Shown here in pieces: positions 19,348 through 29,416 of a DNA stretch of 42,302 nucleotides (position 1 is the first letter of the stretch; each line of letters opens with the position of its first letter). The DNA is taken from the NCBI GenBank assembly GCA_031402135.1, contig JANNSC010000135.1, positions 1 to 42,302 of the forward strand. The letters run 5' to 3'. The notes beneath the pieces were generated by a model. That model was not told the DNA's origin. It did no database searches and worked only from the letters and a program-made list of their open reading frames with translations. This DNA is from Gemmatimonadales bacterium. GTDB taxonomy: Bacteria; Gemmatimonadota; Gemmatimonadetes; Gemmatimonadales; GWC2-71-9. Position numbers and translations under genes: made by a program.

Positions 19348-19872
19348 TCAGGCGCACGCCCGGCGCGCCGCAGCCCGGTACCCCAGAGATCGCGCATCGG
19401 CTTCCGGACGGAATCGTCCCCGCTTGGTCTGCCCGTACAGCCTGCTGTCCGGACAATGATAGAGGCCCGATTCGGTGTTAATCCAGACCTCGCCCGGGGT
19501 CAGCGGCCGGAGCGGAAGTGGCGGGTCGGGCTTGGGGGAACATGCCGTCCGTTCCGCAGCGCCATTACCGCGAGCACGCGCTGCGGCTTCCGACATGTAC
19601 TCGCCGTCGTTGGTGGTTCCGTAGAACCGGCTGCCGGGGCAATGGTAGATCCGGTTATTGGTATTGACCCAGACCGTCGTTTGGAGCGGCCTGGGGGGTG
19701 GAATGGTTCTCGCCTGGGCCAGGGCACCGGATGTGAAAACCGGCGAGAGGGATACTACGAGGAGCAGGCGCCAGCCCCGGGCAATGCGCGGCTTGGGTTG
19801 CTGTTGCCTCGCGAGGAGGGCCGCCGCGAATTCGCGGGCCGATTCAAACCCCACGGAGAAACCTGGATTCAA
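19348..19872 (-). CDS. Hypothetical exported protein with two VWxNT..YHCPxSR.YG..EA.AR..G..C repeats
   Basis: Two internal repeats of about 45 aa separated by a Pro-rich linker, preceded by a hydrophobic stretch ending ALA-Q. Start uncertain. Confidence 0.65.
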   Translation of the reverse strand: MNPGFSVGFESAREFAAALLARQQQPKPRIARGWRLLLVVSLSPVFTSGALAQARTIPPPRPLQTTVWVNTNNRIYHCPGSRFYGTTNDGEYMSEAAARARGNGAAERTACSPKPDPPLPLRPLTPGEVWINTESGLYHCPDSRLYGQTKRGRFRPEADARSLGYRAAARRACA

Positions 19873-21017
19873 GGACGCACCGGAACGACTCGGAGTACCC
19901 GACCGGTGGGACTGTCGGTCAGGAGGTACAGCAGCCCGTCCGGTCCCTGCTGCACATCGCGGATTCGCTCGCCCAGCTCACCGAGATATCGCTCCTCCTT
20001 CACCACCCGGCCGTCTTCCAACTCCAGTCGCACCAAGGCGCCTGGTGTCATGGAGCCAATGAACACACTGCCCTTCCAGCCCGGGTACCGATCACCGGTG
20101 TAGAAGGCCATTCCCGATGCAGCGATGACCGGATCCCAGTAGTAGACCGGCTGCTCCATGCCGGGCTTTTCGGCTCCCTCCCCGATCCTGGCGCCGGAGT
20201 AATCGATGCCGTAGGTGATGACCGGCCAGCCGTAATTCTTTCCCGCCTCCGGATGGTTCAACTCGTCTCCGCCCCGGGCACCGTGCTCCGCGGTCCACAG
20301 CTGTCCGGTTTCTGGGTACAGCGCCGCGCCCTGGATGTTCCGATGTCCGTACGACCAGATTTCCGGCAATGCGCCAGCGCGAGAAATGAACGGATTATCC
20401 CGCGGCACAGTCCCGTCGGCGTTGATCCGCATCACCTTTCCCATCCCGGCCGAAAGGGCCTGAGCGCTGTCGGGATAACTCTGCCTGTCGCCCTGGGTAA
20501 TGAACAGGGTGCCGTCGCGCCCGAAGACAAGACGAGCGCCGAAGTGGCCGGCCCCCCGCAGCTTGGGCCGCTGGCGGTAAATCACCCGGACCTCCTCGAG
20601 GCCGACCTCGGTCAGGCGTCCCCGTGCCACCGCCGTACCGGCGGTGCCGCCGTCTCCGGGCTCGGCAAAGGAGAGGTACACCAGACGGTTTTCGACGAAA
20701 CGGGGATCGATCGCTACATCGAGGAGTCCCCCCTGCCCACGGGCAAACACGGTGGGAACGCCGGTGAGTGGCGCGGAGAGGCTGCCCTCGGGAGTGACAA
20801 TTCGCAATCGGCCGGGCCGTTCAGTGACCAGCATCCGTCCATCGGGAAGGAATGCCAGCCCCCACGGGTGCTCCAAACCGCTCGCGACCGGCTCGGCGCG
20901 AACAACGCCGCCGGTTGACGGCGGCGTTGGCGATCGGGGAGCCGGACCCTGGGCTGGAGTCGCCTCGCACGCCAACACGGCAATACCGAAAAACACCGTT
21001 GTCTGGATGGACCGCAT
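19869..21017 (-). CDS. PQQ-dependent soluble aldose/glucose dehydrogenase (YliI/GdhB family)
   Basis: [53 protein letters not shown] and [11 protein letters not shown] motifs. Lipobox VLAC. Confidence 0.93.
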   Translation of the reverse strand: MRSIQTTVFFGIAVLACEATPAQGPAPRSPTPPSTGGVVRAEPVASGLEHPWGLAFLPDGRMLVTERPGRLRIVTPEGSLSAPLTGVPTVFARGQGGLLDVAIDPRFVENRLVYLSFAEPGDGGTAGTAVARGRLTEVGLEEVRVIYRQRPKLRGAGHFGARLVFGRDGTLFITQGDRQSYPDSAQALSAGMGKVMRINADGTVPRDNPFISRAGALPEIWSYGHRNIQGAALYPETGQLWTAEHGARGGDELNHPEAGKNYGWPVITYGIDYSGARIGEGAEKPGMEQPVYYWDPVIAASGMAFYTGDRYPGWKGSVFIGSMTPGALVRLELEDGRVVKEERYLGELGERIRDVQQGPDGLLYLLTDSPTGRVLRVVPVRP

Positions 21018-21169
21018 GACCAGCTCCTTGACGCGCGATTTGGAAATGCCAGGGGAGGTGCAATGCAACGTTAATCCGGTCCGCCCAAAGATACCCGATG
21101 GGGCGCCGGCGGCGACTCACGCAATCTCGTCCGTCATCGACGATTGGGGTCGTTCCGGCCGCCGCCGCC

Positions 21170-21370
21170 CCCCACTAGCACTGCAACGCTGATTCGCGCG
21201 GCGTAGTGCGAAAGGCAGATGAATGGATATCGGCCAGGAGCCAGCACCGGGACGACAAATTCGTAGACGGCATCATCGAGGATGAGAAGCGGACTGGGGG
21301 GTGGGCCAAGTTTGTCTCCAGGATCGCGGCGGAAGCATGCTCCGCGTACCGCCAACGAAGCGGAGGCACG
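21170..21370 (-). pseudogene. Remnant of a plastocyanin/cupredoxin-like gene (C-terminal part)
   Basis: DKLGPPPSPLL...YEFVVPVLAPGRYPFICLSHYA resembles the cupredoxin PGxYxFxCxxH Cu loop. N-terminus and Met ligand are absent. Confidence 0.4.
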
Positions 21371-21381
21371 CCGAGCAGCGG

Positions 21382-21756
21382 TCAGCGGCGAGTGTCGCCG
21401 CTGCCGGTCACGGGCGACCCTCCGGGGGTGAACACCTCCACCGCGAGGGTGAAGCTGCGTTGTTCCGTCGGGTGCAACGCGCCCACACCGACCACCTGTC
21501 GGGAGACTTCCTCTCCCCGCTCATTTCGAATGGAAAACATCACCGAATATTCCCACGCTTCACCGACGCTCGGGTGGCGGATCGTGCCCTCCACCCGAAG
21601 CGGCGAGAAGCTCGGGACGGCTCGAATCGCCGCCTTGGGATCGAATCGCAGATGATGCTTGCACGCCGGGCAGACCGGCGCACTCTCGAGGATCGTCGCC
21701 TTGCAGTGCGGACAATTGCGCGTCGCGCCGGCTGCGCCTTGCTTCAGCCCGTTCAT
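21382..21756 (-). CDS. Hypothetical protein with N-terminal zinc ribbon (CPHC...CPAC) and beta-rich C-terminal domain
   Basis: RNCPHCKATILESAPVCPACKHHL. ATGA overlap with the bactofilin gene. Confidence 0.8.
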   Translation of the reverse strand: MNGLKQGAAGATRNCPHCKATILESAPVCPACKHHLRFDPKAAIRAVPSFSPLRVEGTIRHPSVGEAWEYSVMFSIRNERGEEVSRQVVGVGALHPTEQRSFTLAVEVFTPGGSPVTGSGDTRR

Positions 21757-22262
21757 GGCGCGACGCCACTCTCCATCGTCATGCCGGAAGCGCTGACCTT
21801 CTTGTCGTCCCACCCGAATTCAACCTGCCCGCGCATCCGGGAGCCCGCCGCAACGGTCAGTGAGCCCGCTTTCAGGTTCCCGTTCAGGATTCCCGTTTCG
21901 AGCAATTCGACCCGCGAGGCCGCATCTATATTCCCCTCCAACTCACCACCGATCACCACCGTATTGGCCCGCACGCCCCCAGTGAGCTTGGCGCCGGCAT
22001 CGATGGTGAGATTGCCCTGCACGTTTACGTCCCCCTGGAATCGGCCTGCAATGCGGACGTGACCGGATCCCTCGATCTTGCCATCGATGGTCAGGCCGTT
22101 GGCAATCACCGATTCCTTCATGTCGCGTTCCATCGGTCGGCGCGGGGAGTCAAAGCCGGGTGAAAAATCCGAACGGGCGTCGGCATCTCTTTTCGCCAGC
22201 GGATCCGGCAGGGGGGGCAGGGACTCCTTCTTCACCGACGTCTGATCTTTCCAGATGGCCAT
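21753..22262 (-). CDS. Bactofilin (polymer-forming cytoskeletal protein, CcmA/DUF583)
   Basis: SVIANGLTIDGKIEGSGHVRIAGRFQGDV...GGVRANTVVIGGELEGNI...ELLETGILNGNL...GSRMRGQV. Confidence 0.93.
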   Translation of the reverse strand: MAIWKDQTSVKKESLPPLPDPLAKRDADARSDFSPGFDSPRRPMERDMKESVIANGLTIDGKIEGSGHVRIAGRFQGDVNVQGNLTIDAGAKLTGGVRANTVVIGGELEGNIDAASRVELLETGILNGNLKAGSLTVAAGSRMRGQVEFGWDDKKVSASGMTMESGVAP

Positions 22263-22422
22263 GGCTCACGGTTCCTGTTGAAAAGGCGGGGTACCAACTG
22301 AGTGAAACACTCCAACCCAAGATAGACGATTCTGGCAGACTCGGAAGGTACCGACCGGTTTTAGGTCAGCTGCGAGCGAACGGGCTGTCAAGTATTGTCA
22401 CTGCCTCACGGGTGCGCCGCTG

Positions 22423-22992
22423 CTATCGCTTGGTCCCCGGTCGGGTCAACCGCAAGAAATGGGATTTTTCCACCAGTTCGTGAAACACCAAAATGGCAAT
22501 CTGATCGAAGGCCGCCGCAAGCAGGCCGGCGCCCGACCCAACCAGCAAGGCGAAGCCGTAGGCGTGAAGGTATCCCACCGTGTACATCGGGTTGTTCAGA
22601 TAGCGATAGGGCCCGGGTGGATCGAGGGGGACAGGTGCGACCGGCACGAAGAAGTTGTGCCAGTAGTAGGCGGAATGACCCAGGCGGGCCGCCGCCCAAA
22701 ACTTGATCGAGATGCCGATGAATATGCACACGAGCCCCGCGCCGGCCAGGACCATCAACGGCAGATCCCAGGGAAGGGTATCCCGGGTTACGATGCACAG
22801 GAGCACGAAGCTCGCCGCATCGTTGTTCATCAGAATCGACGCGAACCGCCGGAAGCGACGAAATCCCGGCTCGACTCCGTGGAGCCGGGTGAAGGCCTGA
22901 TGCCGGTCCTGCCGGGTCAACGCCACCCCGACCCCGATCACGTAGGCCAGGCGGCTGGCGACATGGTAAACGACGGCAGCGGCTGTCCACAT
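22423..22992 (-). CDS. PEMT/PEM2 (ICMT superfamily) phospholipid methyltransferase-like membrane protein
   Basis: LGHSAYYWHNFF, GPYRYLNNPMYTVGY and ELVEKSH motifs with 4-5 TMs. ATG 22992 lies 2 bp after the upstream stop. Confidence 0.82.
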   Translation of the reverse strand: MWTAAAVVYHVASRLAYVIGVGVALTRQDRHQAFTRLHGVEPGFRRFRRFASILMNNDAASFVLLCIVTRDTLPWDLPLMVLAGAGLVCIFIGISIKFWAAARLGHSAYYWHNFFVPVAPVPLDPPGPYRYLNNPMYTVGYLHAYGFALLVGSGAGLLAAAFDQIAILVFHELVEKSHFLRLTRPGTKR

Positions 22993-22994
22993 AC

Positions 22995-23540
22995 TCAGCC
23001 GCCAGCCCCGGCCATCGTATTCAACTTCGTAATGGTCGACCAATTCCGGGAAGTGACCGCATCGCCAAGCGTGCGACCGATCCGCTTGGCCAGGCGACTC
23101 TCGAGAATCCCGCCGGCACACCAGAGATAGGACGCACGAGATCCAACGGCCAAAATATCAGGAGCCCAGTCCTCGGCGGCCAACGGCAGCAGGCGATTCC
23201 GATCGGCCGGGTTGGCCAGGATGGCGATGAGCAGGCGGCTTGGATCGACGGCGACCTTCTTGAGCGGGTTATTTCGCACGATCTCGGCGAGCTCCGCAAC
23301 AGTCAGCACCGTCACCCGGGACATGACACCCAACTGCGCGGCGACCTCCTCCTGGATACGCACCGCGGAGGTCCCGCGGACTCCTCGCGGCGCCGTGAAG
23401 AGGACGTTGCCGCTGTTGAGAACCGTCTGAACGTCGAGGTAGCCCAAGCCGGTGATCAAGGTCCGCAAGTCGGCCATGGCCACCCGCTTGGCCTTGCCGA
23501 CGTTGATCCCCCGGAATAGCGCGAGGTGTGTGGCCGTCAT
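22995..23540 (-). CDS. DUF1697 family protein
   Basis: ALFRGINVG, VAMADLR, VQTVLNSGNVLF and TSRNWSTITKL. Confidence 0.92.
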   Translation of the reverse strand: MTATHLALFRGINVGKAKRVAMADLRTLITGLGYLDVQTVLNSGNVLFTAPRGVRGTSAVRIQEEVAAQLGVMSRVTVLTVAELAEIVRNNPLKKVAVDPSRLLIAILANPADRNRLLPLAAEDWAPDILAVGSRASYLWCAGGILESRLAKRIGRTLGDAVTSRNWSTITKLNTMAGAGG

Positions 23541-23651
23541 CCTGAACCCGGATGGGTGATCGATGAACCTGATCGTCGATCGTGTCCCTGGTACCGCGGA
23601 GAAGCGGGCGCGGCGGCATCGGCCACTTCCGGTACGCCCGGCCCTTGGGTC

Positions 23652-24080
23652 TCAGGGGGACCCAAGGGTCGCCGTCAAGGTCACCGGAACGCTGGCCAGC
23701 GCCTTGGAGATAATGCAGTTCACCTTTGCGTCGGCCGCCAGACGCTGGAATTCCTGGTCCGGGAGGCCCGGAACCTCTCCATGTGTGGTAAGATCGATGC
23801 TGGTGATGCCAAACCCCTCTCCCACCTTGTTCAAGTGCACTACGGCGTGGGTCTCGAGACTTCGGGGAGGATGACCGGCCGTGGTCAGGCCGAGCGCAAG
23901 GGCCATCGAGAAGCACCCGGCATGGGCGGCGCCGAGCAACTCCTCCGGACTGGTGCCCGGCGTCCCCTCGAAACGCGTCTTGAACGAGTACGGACCCTCA
24001 AAAGATCCGCTTCCGAGGCGAATAGAGCCGTTTCCGGCGCGAAGATCGCCGTGCCATTTTGCGCTCGCCTTCTGATCCAT
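23652..24080 (-). CDS. osmC: OsmC family peroxiredoxin
   Basis: [37 protein letters not shown] and [19 protein letters not shown]. Confidence 0.95.
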   Translation of the reverse strand: MDQKASAKWHGDLRAGNGSIRLGSGSFEGPYSFKTRFEGTPGTSPEELLGAAHAGCFSMALALGLTTAGHPPRSLETHAVVHLNKVGEGFGITSIDLTTHGEVPGLPDQEFQRLAADAKVNCIISKALASVPVTLTATLGSP

Positions 24081-24192
24081 GGAAATCGCTCCTGTCTGGT
24101 GGTCAATCTCAGTGAACCAGCATATCAGTCGGTTGCCCTGGGCCTCGGGCGCCAAACCTGGGGCCCCAGCCCGGCGGCCAAGCCGCAAGGCA

Positions 24193-25029
24193 TCACGGCA
24201 ATCGTCGTAACTCGAGTTCCGATATGATGAATCCAAAACCAGGCCAACCACCGGAGGCGACGGACCGCTCGAACCACGCCCGCGCGCGGACTCGGTCGCC
24301 CCGCACCAGGTACCAGTTGCCGATGCCGAAGCTCAAGGTCGCGATCTGGACATCCGCCGTGTCTGCGGCGGTGATCACCTGTTCGGGGGCACTCAGTCCG
24401 CGGTACAGCTTGAGACGCTGGGCATAGGCATTGTTCGTCGGGAGCGAGTCGGGTCGCCGGTCCAACATGGCCTTGGCCTCGGCGGTCTTTCCCGCCCGCG
24501 AAAGTGACATCCAGAGCCAATCGGTAGCCCCAGCCAACTCGCCCGCATCCGGAGCGCGCTGCTGCGCCTGGGCAAAGGCATCAGCGGCTGCCTCGAAATT
24601 GCCCCGGGCAAAGCGGACAATGCCGAGATGATAGAGGATGCCGTAGTTCTTGCCATCGAGCGCATTGCCCCGGGTCAGGTCGTCCATCGCCCGGTCGAAT
24701 TCTCGCACCGAGAGGAAGCGATGGCCTCGCCACCGATACAGCATCGGGTGCTCGGGCGCAAAGGCGAGTCCTCGAGTGAACGTTTCGATGGCTTCCCGGA
24801 ACTGGCGGGCACCCGATTGGGCCACGCCGAGCTGGATGATCCGGTCCACGTTGCGCGGGTCGGCGGCGAGGGCCGTCTCGGCGCGTGCGATGGCGCCGGT
24901 ATCCTGCTGGGCCCGGTATTCGACACCCGCCGGTGAACGATACTGTACCGTCTGCCCACCGAGTGGCCCTGCTGTCAGTGTCCACGTCGCGAACCCCGTG
25001 GCGAGCACTCCCAATCGTGTAGCCGTCAT
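24193..25029 (-). CDS. Exported tetratricopeptide-repeat protein
   Basis: Signal-like N-terminus and repeated TPR helices (AIETFTRGL, YRWRGHR, LYHLGIVRF, FGIGNWY). Confidence 0.85.
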   Translation of the reverse strand: MTATRLGVLATGFATWTLTAGPLGGQTVQYRSPAGVEYRAQQDTGAIARAETALAADPRNVDRIIQLGVAQSGARQFREAIETFTRGLAFAPEHPMLYRWRGHRFLSVREFDRAMDDLTRGNALDGKNYGILYHLGIVRFARGNFEAAADAFAQAQQRAPDAGELAGATDWLWMSLSRAGKTAEAKAMLDRRPDSLPTNNAYAQRLKLYRGLSAPEQVITAADTADVQIATLSFGIGNWYLVRGDRVRARAWFERSVASGGWPGFGFIISELELRRLP

Positions 25030-25107
25030 CGAGTCGCAGCTCCAGGTTGAAAGAAGGCCGCCCGCAACGGGACCCTGGTGAAACGCAGGGGGGAGGAAGT
25101 GAATCCG

Positions 25108-25854
25108 TCAAGGATCCCCGCCCAGTCCTGCATAGTAGCCCACCACCCGATCGTGCGCTCCCGCCCGCGTGTAGATATCGGGCACCCGAGACGCGATCAG
25201 GTCGGCGATAACCAGTGCCACTGCTTCGGGAGCTTGCGAGTCCGGCAATTGCCGCGAATCGGGGCCGCCGTATCGGGCGTTTTTCCCAAAATCGGTACGG
25301 ACGACTCCGGGTGAGACCAATGAAAACTGGATGCCGGGGTGGGTTTGTTGAACCTCGACACGGAAGTTTGCCGTGAGCGCGTTCAAGAAATGCTTGGACC
25401 CGTTGTAGGCCGATCGAAAGATGGCGTGGGGTATCCGCCCCAGCATCGAGGAAATATTGATGACGTGGCCGGCATTCCTGCTTTTGAAATGCTCCAGTAC
25501 CTCCTGGGTTCCATAGAGCGCGGATTTCACGTTCACCCGCATCATTTCGTCAATGTCCTCGTCGGTGAGCCGCGAAGGCGGACAGGTGAGCCCCTGCCCC
25601 ACATTGTTGACCCACACGTCGATTCGACCAAAGCGGACCAACGCGGATTCAACGACTCGGCGCATGTCGTTTCGTACCGTGGCATCCGCCACGACAGGAT
25701 ACGCCAGTTCTCCACAGCGCTCGGCCACGGCACGTAGCGCGGCCTCCCGCCGTGCCACCAGGGTGAGCCGGGCACCCCGGGCTGCGAGAAGCTCAGCAAG
25801 GGCTGCTCCGATACCACCGCTGGCACCGGTGATGACCACGACGGTGTCGCGCAC
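25108..25854 (-). CDS. Classical short-chain dehydrogenase/reductase
   Basis: VITGASGGIG, DVWVNNVG, INISS, AYNGSK (YxxxK) and SPGVVRTDF. GTG start at 25854. Confidence 0.92.
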   Translation of the reverse strand: MRDTVVVITGASGGIGAALAELLAARGARLTLVARREAALRAVAERCGELAYPVVADATVRNDMRRVVESALVRFGRIDVWVNNVGQGLTCPPSRLTDEDIDEMMRVNVKSALYGTQEVLEHFKSRNAGHVINISSMLGRIPHAIFRSAYNGSKHFLNALTANFRVEVQQTHPGIQFSLVSPGVVRTDFGKNARYGGPDSRQLPDSQAPEAVALVIADLIASRVPDIYTRAGAHDRVVGYYAGLGGDP

Positions 25855-25895
25855 CTTGCTTCCTCTCTGGCAGGGCCGGCCCCCAGGATGTGGTA

Positions 25896-26153
25896 CTACG
25901 GACTGGTGCCGATGGTATCCTCGATGGCCCGTCGTGCCTCCGCGCTGTCTCGAAGGGCAGTGGCCTTCTTCACCACTGAGGCGCCGGGCAATTGCGACGC
26001 GCCGACAATACTGTCGGACTCTCGCTGGGTCCGGGGAGCGGCGGCCTTCTGGCTCCCGGAGCAGGAGAGTCCGGACAGGAATACCGCAAGCAGTAGAGCC
26101 GGAGTCCATCGCGTGGTGGGGTGGTGGTGCCGGCGCTGGAACGCAATCTTCAT
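25896..26153 (-). CDS. Small hypothetical lipoprotein
   Basis: Hydrophobic stretch ending GLSC, then RTQRESDSIVGASQLPGA. Start overlaps the upstream stop. Confidence 0.55.
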   Translation of the reverse strand: MKIAFQRRHHHPTTRWTPALLLAVFLSGLSCSGSQKAAAPRTQRESDSIVGASQLPGASVVKKATALRDSAEARRAIEDTIGTSP

Positions 26154-26368
26154 GGTGAACCGGAGGCCCCGATCGTGGTCACGATCTGAATTGTCTTGTT
26201 GCGCAGCGGCAATTTGCGCTGCATGACCTTGGGCTGTGCCTGGAACTCATGTACTGCTGCCCGGAGTTCCACCGCCGTCAGCGGCCGATAGGCAAAGACG
26301 TCGTAGGTGACGTTGTAGTCCCCGTCGTGCAGTGAGGTTACGATGTTTGGTTCCCGCATCGGCGGCAT
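26150..26368 (-). CDS. Small hypothetical protein
   Basis: Protein-like composition (YNVTYDVFAYRPLT...ELRAAV), RBS-like AGAGGG and coupling to the next ORF. Confidence 0.5.
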   Translation of the reverse strand: MPPMREPNIVTSLHDGDYNVTYDVFAYRPLTAVELRAAVHEFQAQPKVMQRKLPLRNKTIQIVTTIGASGSP

Positions 26369-26619
26369 CCCTCTGGTGCCTGCTCAAGGGTTTCAGGCGA
26401 ACCCCGCCAGTGCACTGCACGGCGCTTCCAGGCCTGCCCCAGTGACGGCCGGCGGTTGGCCCATTGGCCGCTACCGAGGTCCCTTCCGTCCCGCCCCGGT
26501 CACAAGATATCCGGTGGCGGCTGAGGCGGTTAGGGGTTCGAAGTCCGTGTCGGCCACCCCGGGCGACTCCTCGGGCACCCGCCCCACCTCAGCGCGGGGT
26601 TGGGCACTATTATCCCACG

Positions 26620-27843
26620 ATGATCACAATATCCCGAGCCTGCATTGCCGCTCTTGCCCTGCTCGCACTCACCGCACATCTGGCGCACGCCCAGGCCAAA
26701 CCCCGCGCCCGCGAGCTCGGCATTCCCCAGGCCGGAACCCCCGGGCCTCTCAACGCCATCACCGACGTCGCCGGCGTCGAAGTCGGCACCGTCACCTTGA
26801 TCCGAGGCGGCGGAAAAATCGAGATTGGCAAGGGGCCGATCCGGACCGGCGTCACCGCGATCCTTCCCCGCGGCAAAAACTCCGGCACCCCCGTATTCGG
26901 CGCCTGGTTCACCCTCAACGGCAACGGCGAAATGACCGGCACCACCTGGCTGGAGGAATCCGGCTGGCTCGGCGGCCCGGTGATGATCACCAACACCCTT
27001 TCGGTCGGCGCGGTACATCACGGCACCATCCAGTGGGCGGTGAAACATCACCCGACCTGGGACTGGGCTCTCCCCGTGGTGGCCGAAACCTGGGACGGCG
27101 GCCTCAACGACATCTCCGGCCAGCATGTCACCCCCGAGCATGCGATGCTGGCCATCGACTCGGCTCGCAGCGGCCCAGTCACCGAGGGCGCCGTCGGTGG
27201 TGGCACCGGCATGGTGTGCAACGAATTCAAGGGCGGCAACGGCACTTCCTCCCGCCGGATCCGCACCCAGAACAGGGACTACACCGTCGGCGTCTTGGTG
27301 CAGTGCAACTACGGCCGCCGCGGCCGCCTCGAGGTGGCCGGCGTGCCGGTGGGGCAGGAAATCCCCGACCTCCTCCCCTGCAAGGTGCCGTTCCCCGACG
27401 GCAGTTATGGCAACCCCGACCGCGCCGCCGCCCCCTGCGGCGCCAACGCCGGCACGCCGCAGGAGGAGGTGGGCTCGATCATTGTTGTCATCGCCACCGA
27501 CGCACCGCTGCTCCCCACCCAGCTCAAACGGGTCGCCCGACGCGCCGGGCTCGGCATCGGGCGCATGGGTGGCATCGGTGGCAACGGCTCTGGCGATATC
27601 TTCATCGCCTTCTCTACCGCCAACGCCGCCGCCGCTGTCGACAGTGGCCTTGCCTCCGCGGTCTTCATCTCGAATGACGCCATCAACCCGGTCTTCGAGG
27701 CCGCGGTGGACGCGACCTCCGAAGCGATCCTCAACGCAATGCTTGCGGCGGAGACCATGACCGGAGCGGACGGGTATCGGGTTTTTGCGTTGCCGCACGA
27801 CCGGCTGATGGCCGCGCTCAAGAAGTACGGACGGGCCAAGTGA
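26620..27843 (+). CDS. P1/S58 family peptidase (DmpA-like aminopeptidase), exported
   Basis: RARELGI, NAITDVAGVEVG, RTGVTAILP, NGNGEMTG, PVVAETWDG, EGAVGGGTGM, autocleavage GSIIVVIATDAPL and SGDIFIAFST. Confidence 0.93.
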   Translation: MITISRACIAALALLALTAHLAHAQAKPRARELGIPQAGTPGPLNAITDVAGVEVGTVTLIRGGGKIEIGKGPIRTGVTAILPRGKNSGTPVFGAWFTLNGNGEMTGTTWLEESGWLGGPVMITNTLSVGAVHHGTIQWAVKHHPTWDWALPVVAETWDGGLNDISGQHVTPEHAMLAIDSARSGPVTEGAVGGGTGMVCNEFKGGNGTSSRRIRTQNRDYTVGVLVQCNYGRRGRLEVAGVPVGQEIPDLLPCKVPFPDGSYGNPDRAAAPCGANAGTPQEEVGSIIVVIATDAPLLPTQLKRVARRAGLGIGRMGGIGGNGSGDIFIAFSTANAAAAVDSGLASAVFISNDAINPVFEAAVDATSEAILNAMLAAETMTGADGYRVFALPHDRLMAALKKYGRAK

Positions 27844-29378
27844 AGCGGAGCGGCGAGAAACTTGTAGGGGGAGGAGCGCGATGCGCGGTGCGCTGGTTGG
27901 CGTGTGTCGCGGCAATGTTGGGGGCATGTGCGCCTGGCCCCAGCGGCCCCATCCCGGTGCCCACCCCCGACGATTCTGCCGTCCACGTCACCCTGCTCCA
28001 CATCAACGACGTCTACGAAATCGCCCCAGTGGAGGGGGGCAAGTCCGGCGGGCTGGCCCGGGTCGCCACCGTGCTGAAACGCCTCATGGCCGCCAACCCC
28101 AACACCCGGATGACTCTGGGCGGCGATTTCGTTTCCCCCTCCGCCGTCGGCACCGCCCGGGTCAACGGCGAACGTCTCGCTGGACGGCAGATGATCGCGG
28201 CCTTGAACGCCGCCGGGCTCGACGTTGCCACCTTCGGCAATCACGAGTTTGACATCTCCGAGGCCCAGCTCGGGCAGCGGATGACCGAGTCACGCTTTGC
28301 CTACGTGTCCAGCAACGTCACCGACTCGCTGAATCGCCCCCTGCTGGGCGCCCAGCGCCATGTCATCCTCCGCTTCGCCGATGCCCGAGGACGAACCGCC
28401 CGCATCGCCATCGTCGGCGCGACCATCGATCAGGTACGAAAGCCCAATCTCCGCTACCGGCCACCGATCGCGGCACTCCGTGAAGAACTCGCACTGCTCA
28501 AGGACAGCGCCGACGCCTTCGTCGCCCTGACCCACCTCCGGCTCCAGGACGACGCCGCGCTGGCCGATTCACTTCCTGAACTCGATCTGATTCTGGGGGG
28601 CCATGAACACGAGAACTGGGTGATCCAGCGCGGTTCCCGACTCACCCCGATCATCAAGGCCGATGCCAATGTCCGTTCAGTAGCGATTGTCGACCTCGCC
28701 GTCCGGCCTCGGGGCCGTGCGGCCGTCACCTGGCGCGTCGTCCCCATCACCGATTCGATCCCCGAAGAGCCTGTCGTCGCCGCCGAGGTCGTCTACTGGA
28801 CCGATCTGGCCTATGCGGCGTTCGAGAAGGATGGGCTGCAGGCTCGCCGGGTGGTGACCACGCTGCCGGTGCCGCTCGATGCCCGTGAAACGATTATCCG
28901 AAACCAGGAAAACACCTTCACCCGGATGCTCACCGCCGCGTGGCTCGCCGAGGCGCCCGATGCCGAGGTGGCGCTGATCAACAGCGGCTCGATCCGGCTG
29001 GACGACATTCTTCCCGCCGGCCCAGTGACGGAATACGACGTGATCCGTCTGCTGCCGTTCGGCGGCAAGGCGGTGCTGGTGGAGATGACCGGGTCGCTGC
29101 TGAAGCGCACCCTGGAGCAGGGCGACGGCAACCGCGGGCTTGGGGGCTTCCTCCTCCGCGCCAACGCCGAGCGCACCCCTGAGGGGTGGCGGGTGGGCGC
29201 GGCGACAATCGACACGCTGCGGCGCTACAAGGTGGTGACCACCGATTTCCTGGTGAGCGGAGGGGAACAGAATATGAGCTGGCTCAGCGAGCGAAACCCC
29301 TCGCTCGCCATGGTGCGGATCCTGCGCGATATTCGGCTGGTGGTGATCGACGAACTGGTGCGACGCTACTCCCGATAG
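27840..29378 (+). CDS. Bifunctional metallophosphatase / 5'-nucleotidase lipoprotein
   Basis: Lipobox LGAC, HINDVYE, GGDF, FGNHEFD, ALTH, LGGHEH and C-terminal NSGSIR...LLPFG. Confidence 0.93.
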   Translation: MKRSGEKLVGGGARCAVRWLACVAAMLGACAPGPSGPIPVPTPDDSAVHVTLLHINDVYEIAPVEGGKSGGLARVATVLKRLMAANPNTRMTLGGDFVSPSAVGTARVNGERLAGRQMIAALNAAGLDVATFGNHEFDISEAQLGQRMTESRFAYVSSNVTDSLNRPLLGAQRHVILRFADARGRTARIAIVGATIDQVRKPNLRYRPPIAALREELALLKDSADAFVALTHLRLQDDAALADSLPELDLILGGHEHENWVIQRGSRLTPIIKADANVRSVAIVDLAVRPRGRAAVTWRVVPITDSIPEEPVVAAEVVYWTDLAYAAFEKDGLQARRVVTTLPVPLDARETIIRNQENTFTRMLTAAWLAEAPDAEVALINSGSIRLDDILPAGPVTEYDVIRLLPFGGKAVLVEMTGSLLKRTLEQGDGNRGLGGFLLRANAERTPEGWRVGAATIDTLRRYKVVTTDFLVSGGEQNMSWLSERNPSLAMVRILRDIRLVVIDELVRRYSR

Positions 29379-29416
29379 AAGCGGCGTTTGCAGCACTCCC
29401 CTCGCTTGAGAAGACG

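Noticed and set aside
26525-26562. tRNA-like 3' end (ggggttcgaagtcc...ggccacc) as a tRNA or attachment site
   Set aside because: The T-stem pairs poorly, no D or anticodon arms or CCA can be built, and no integrase is nearby.
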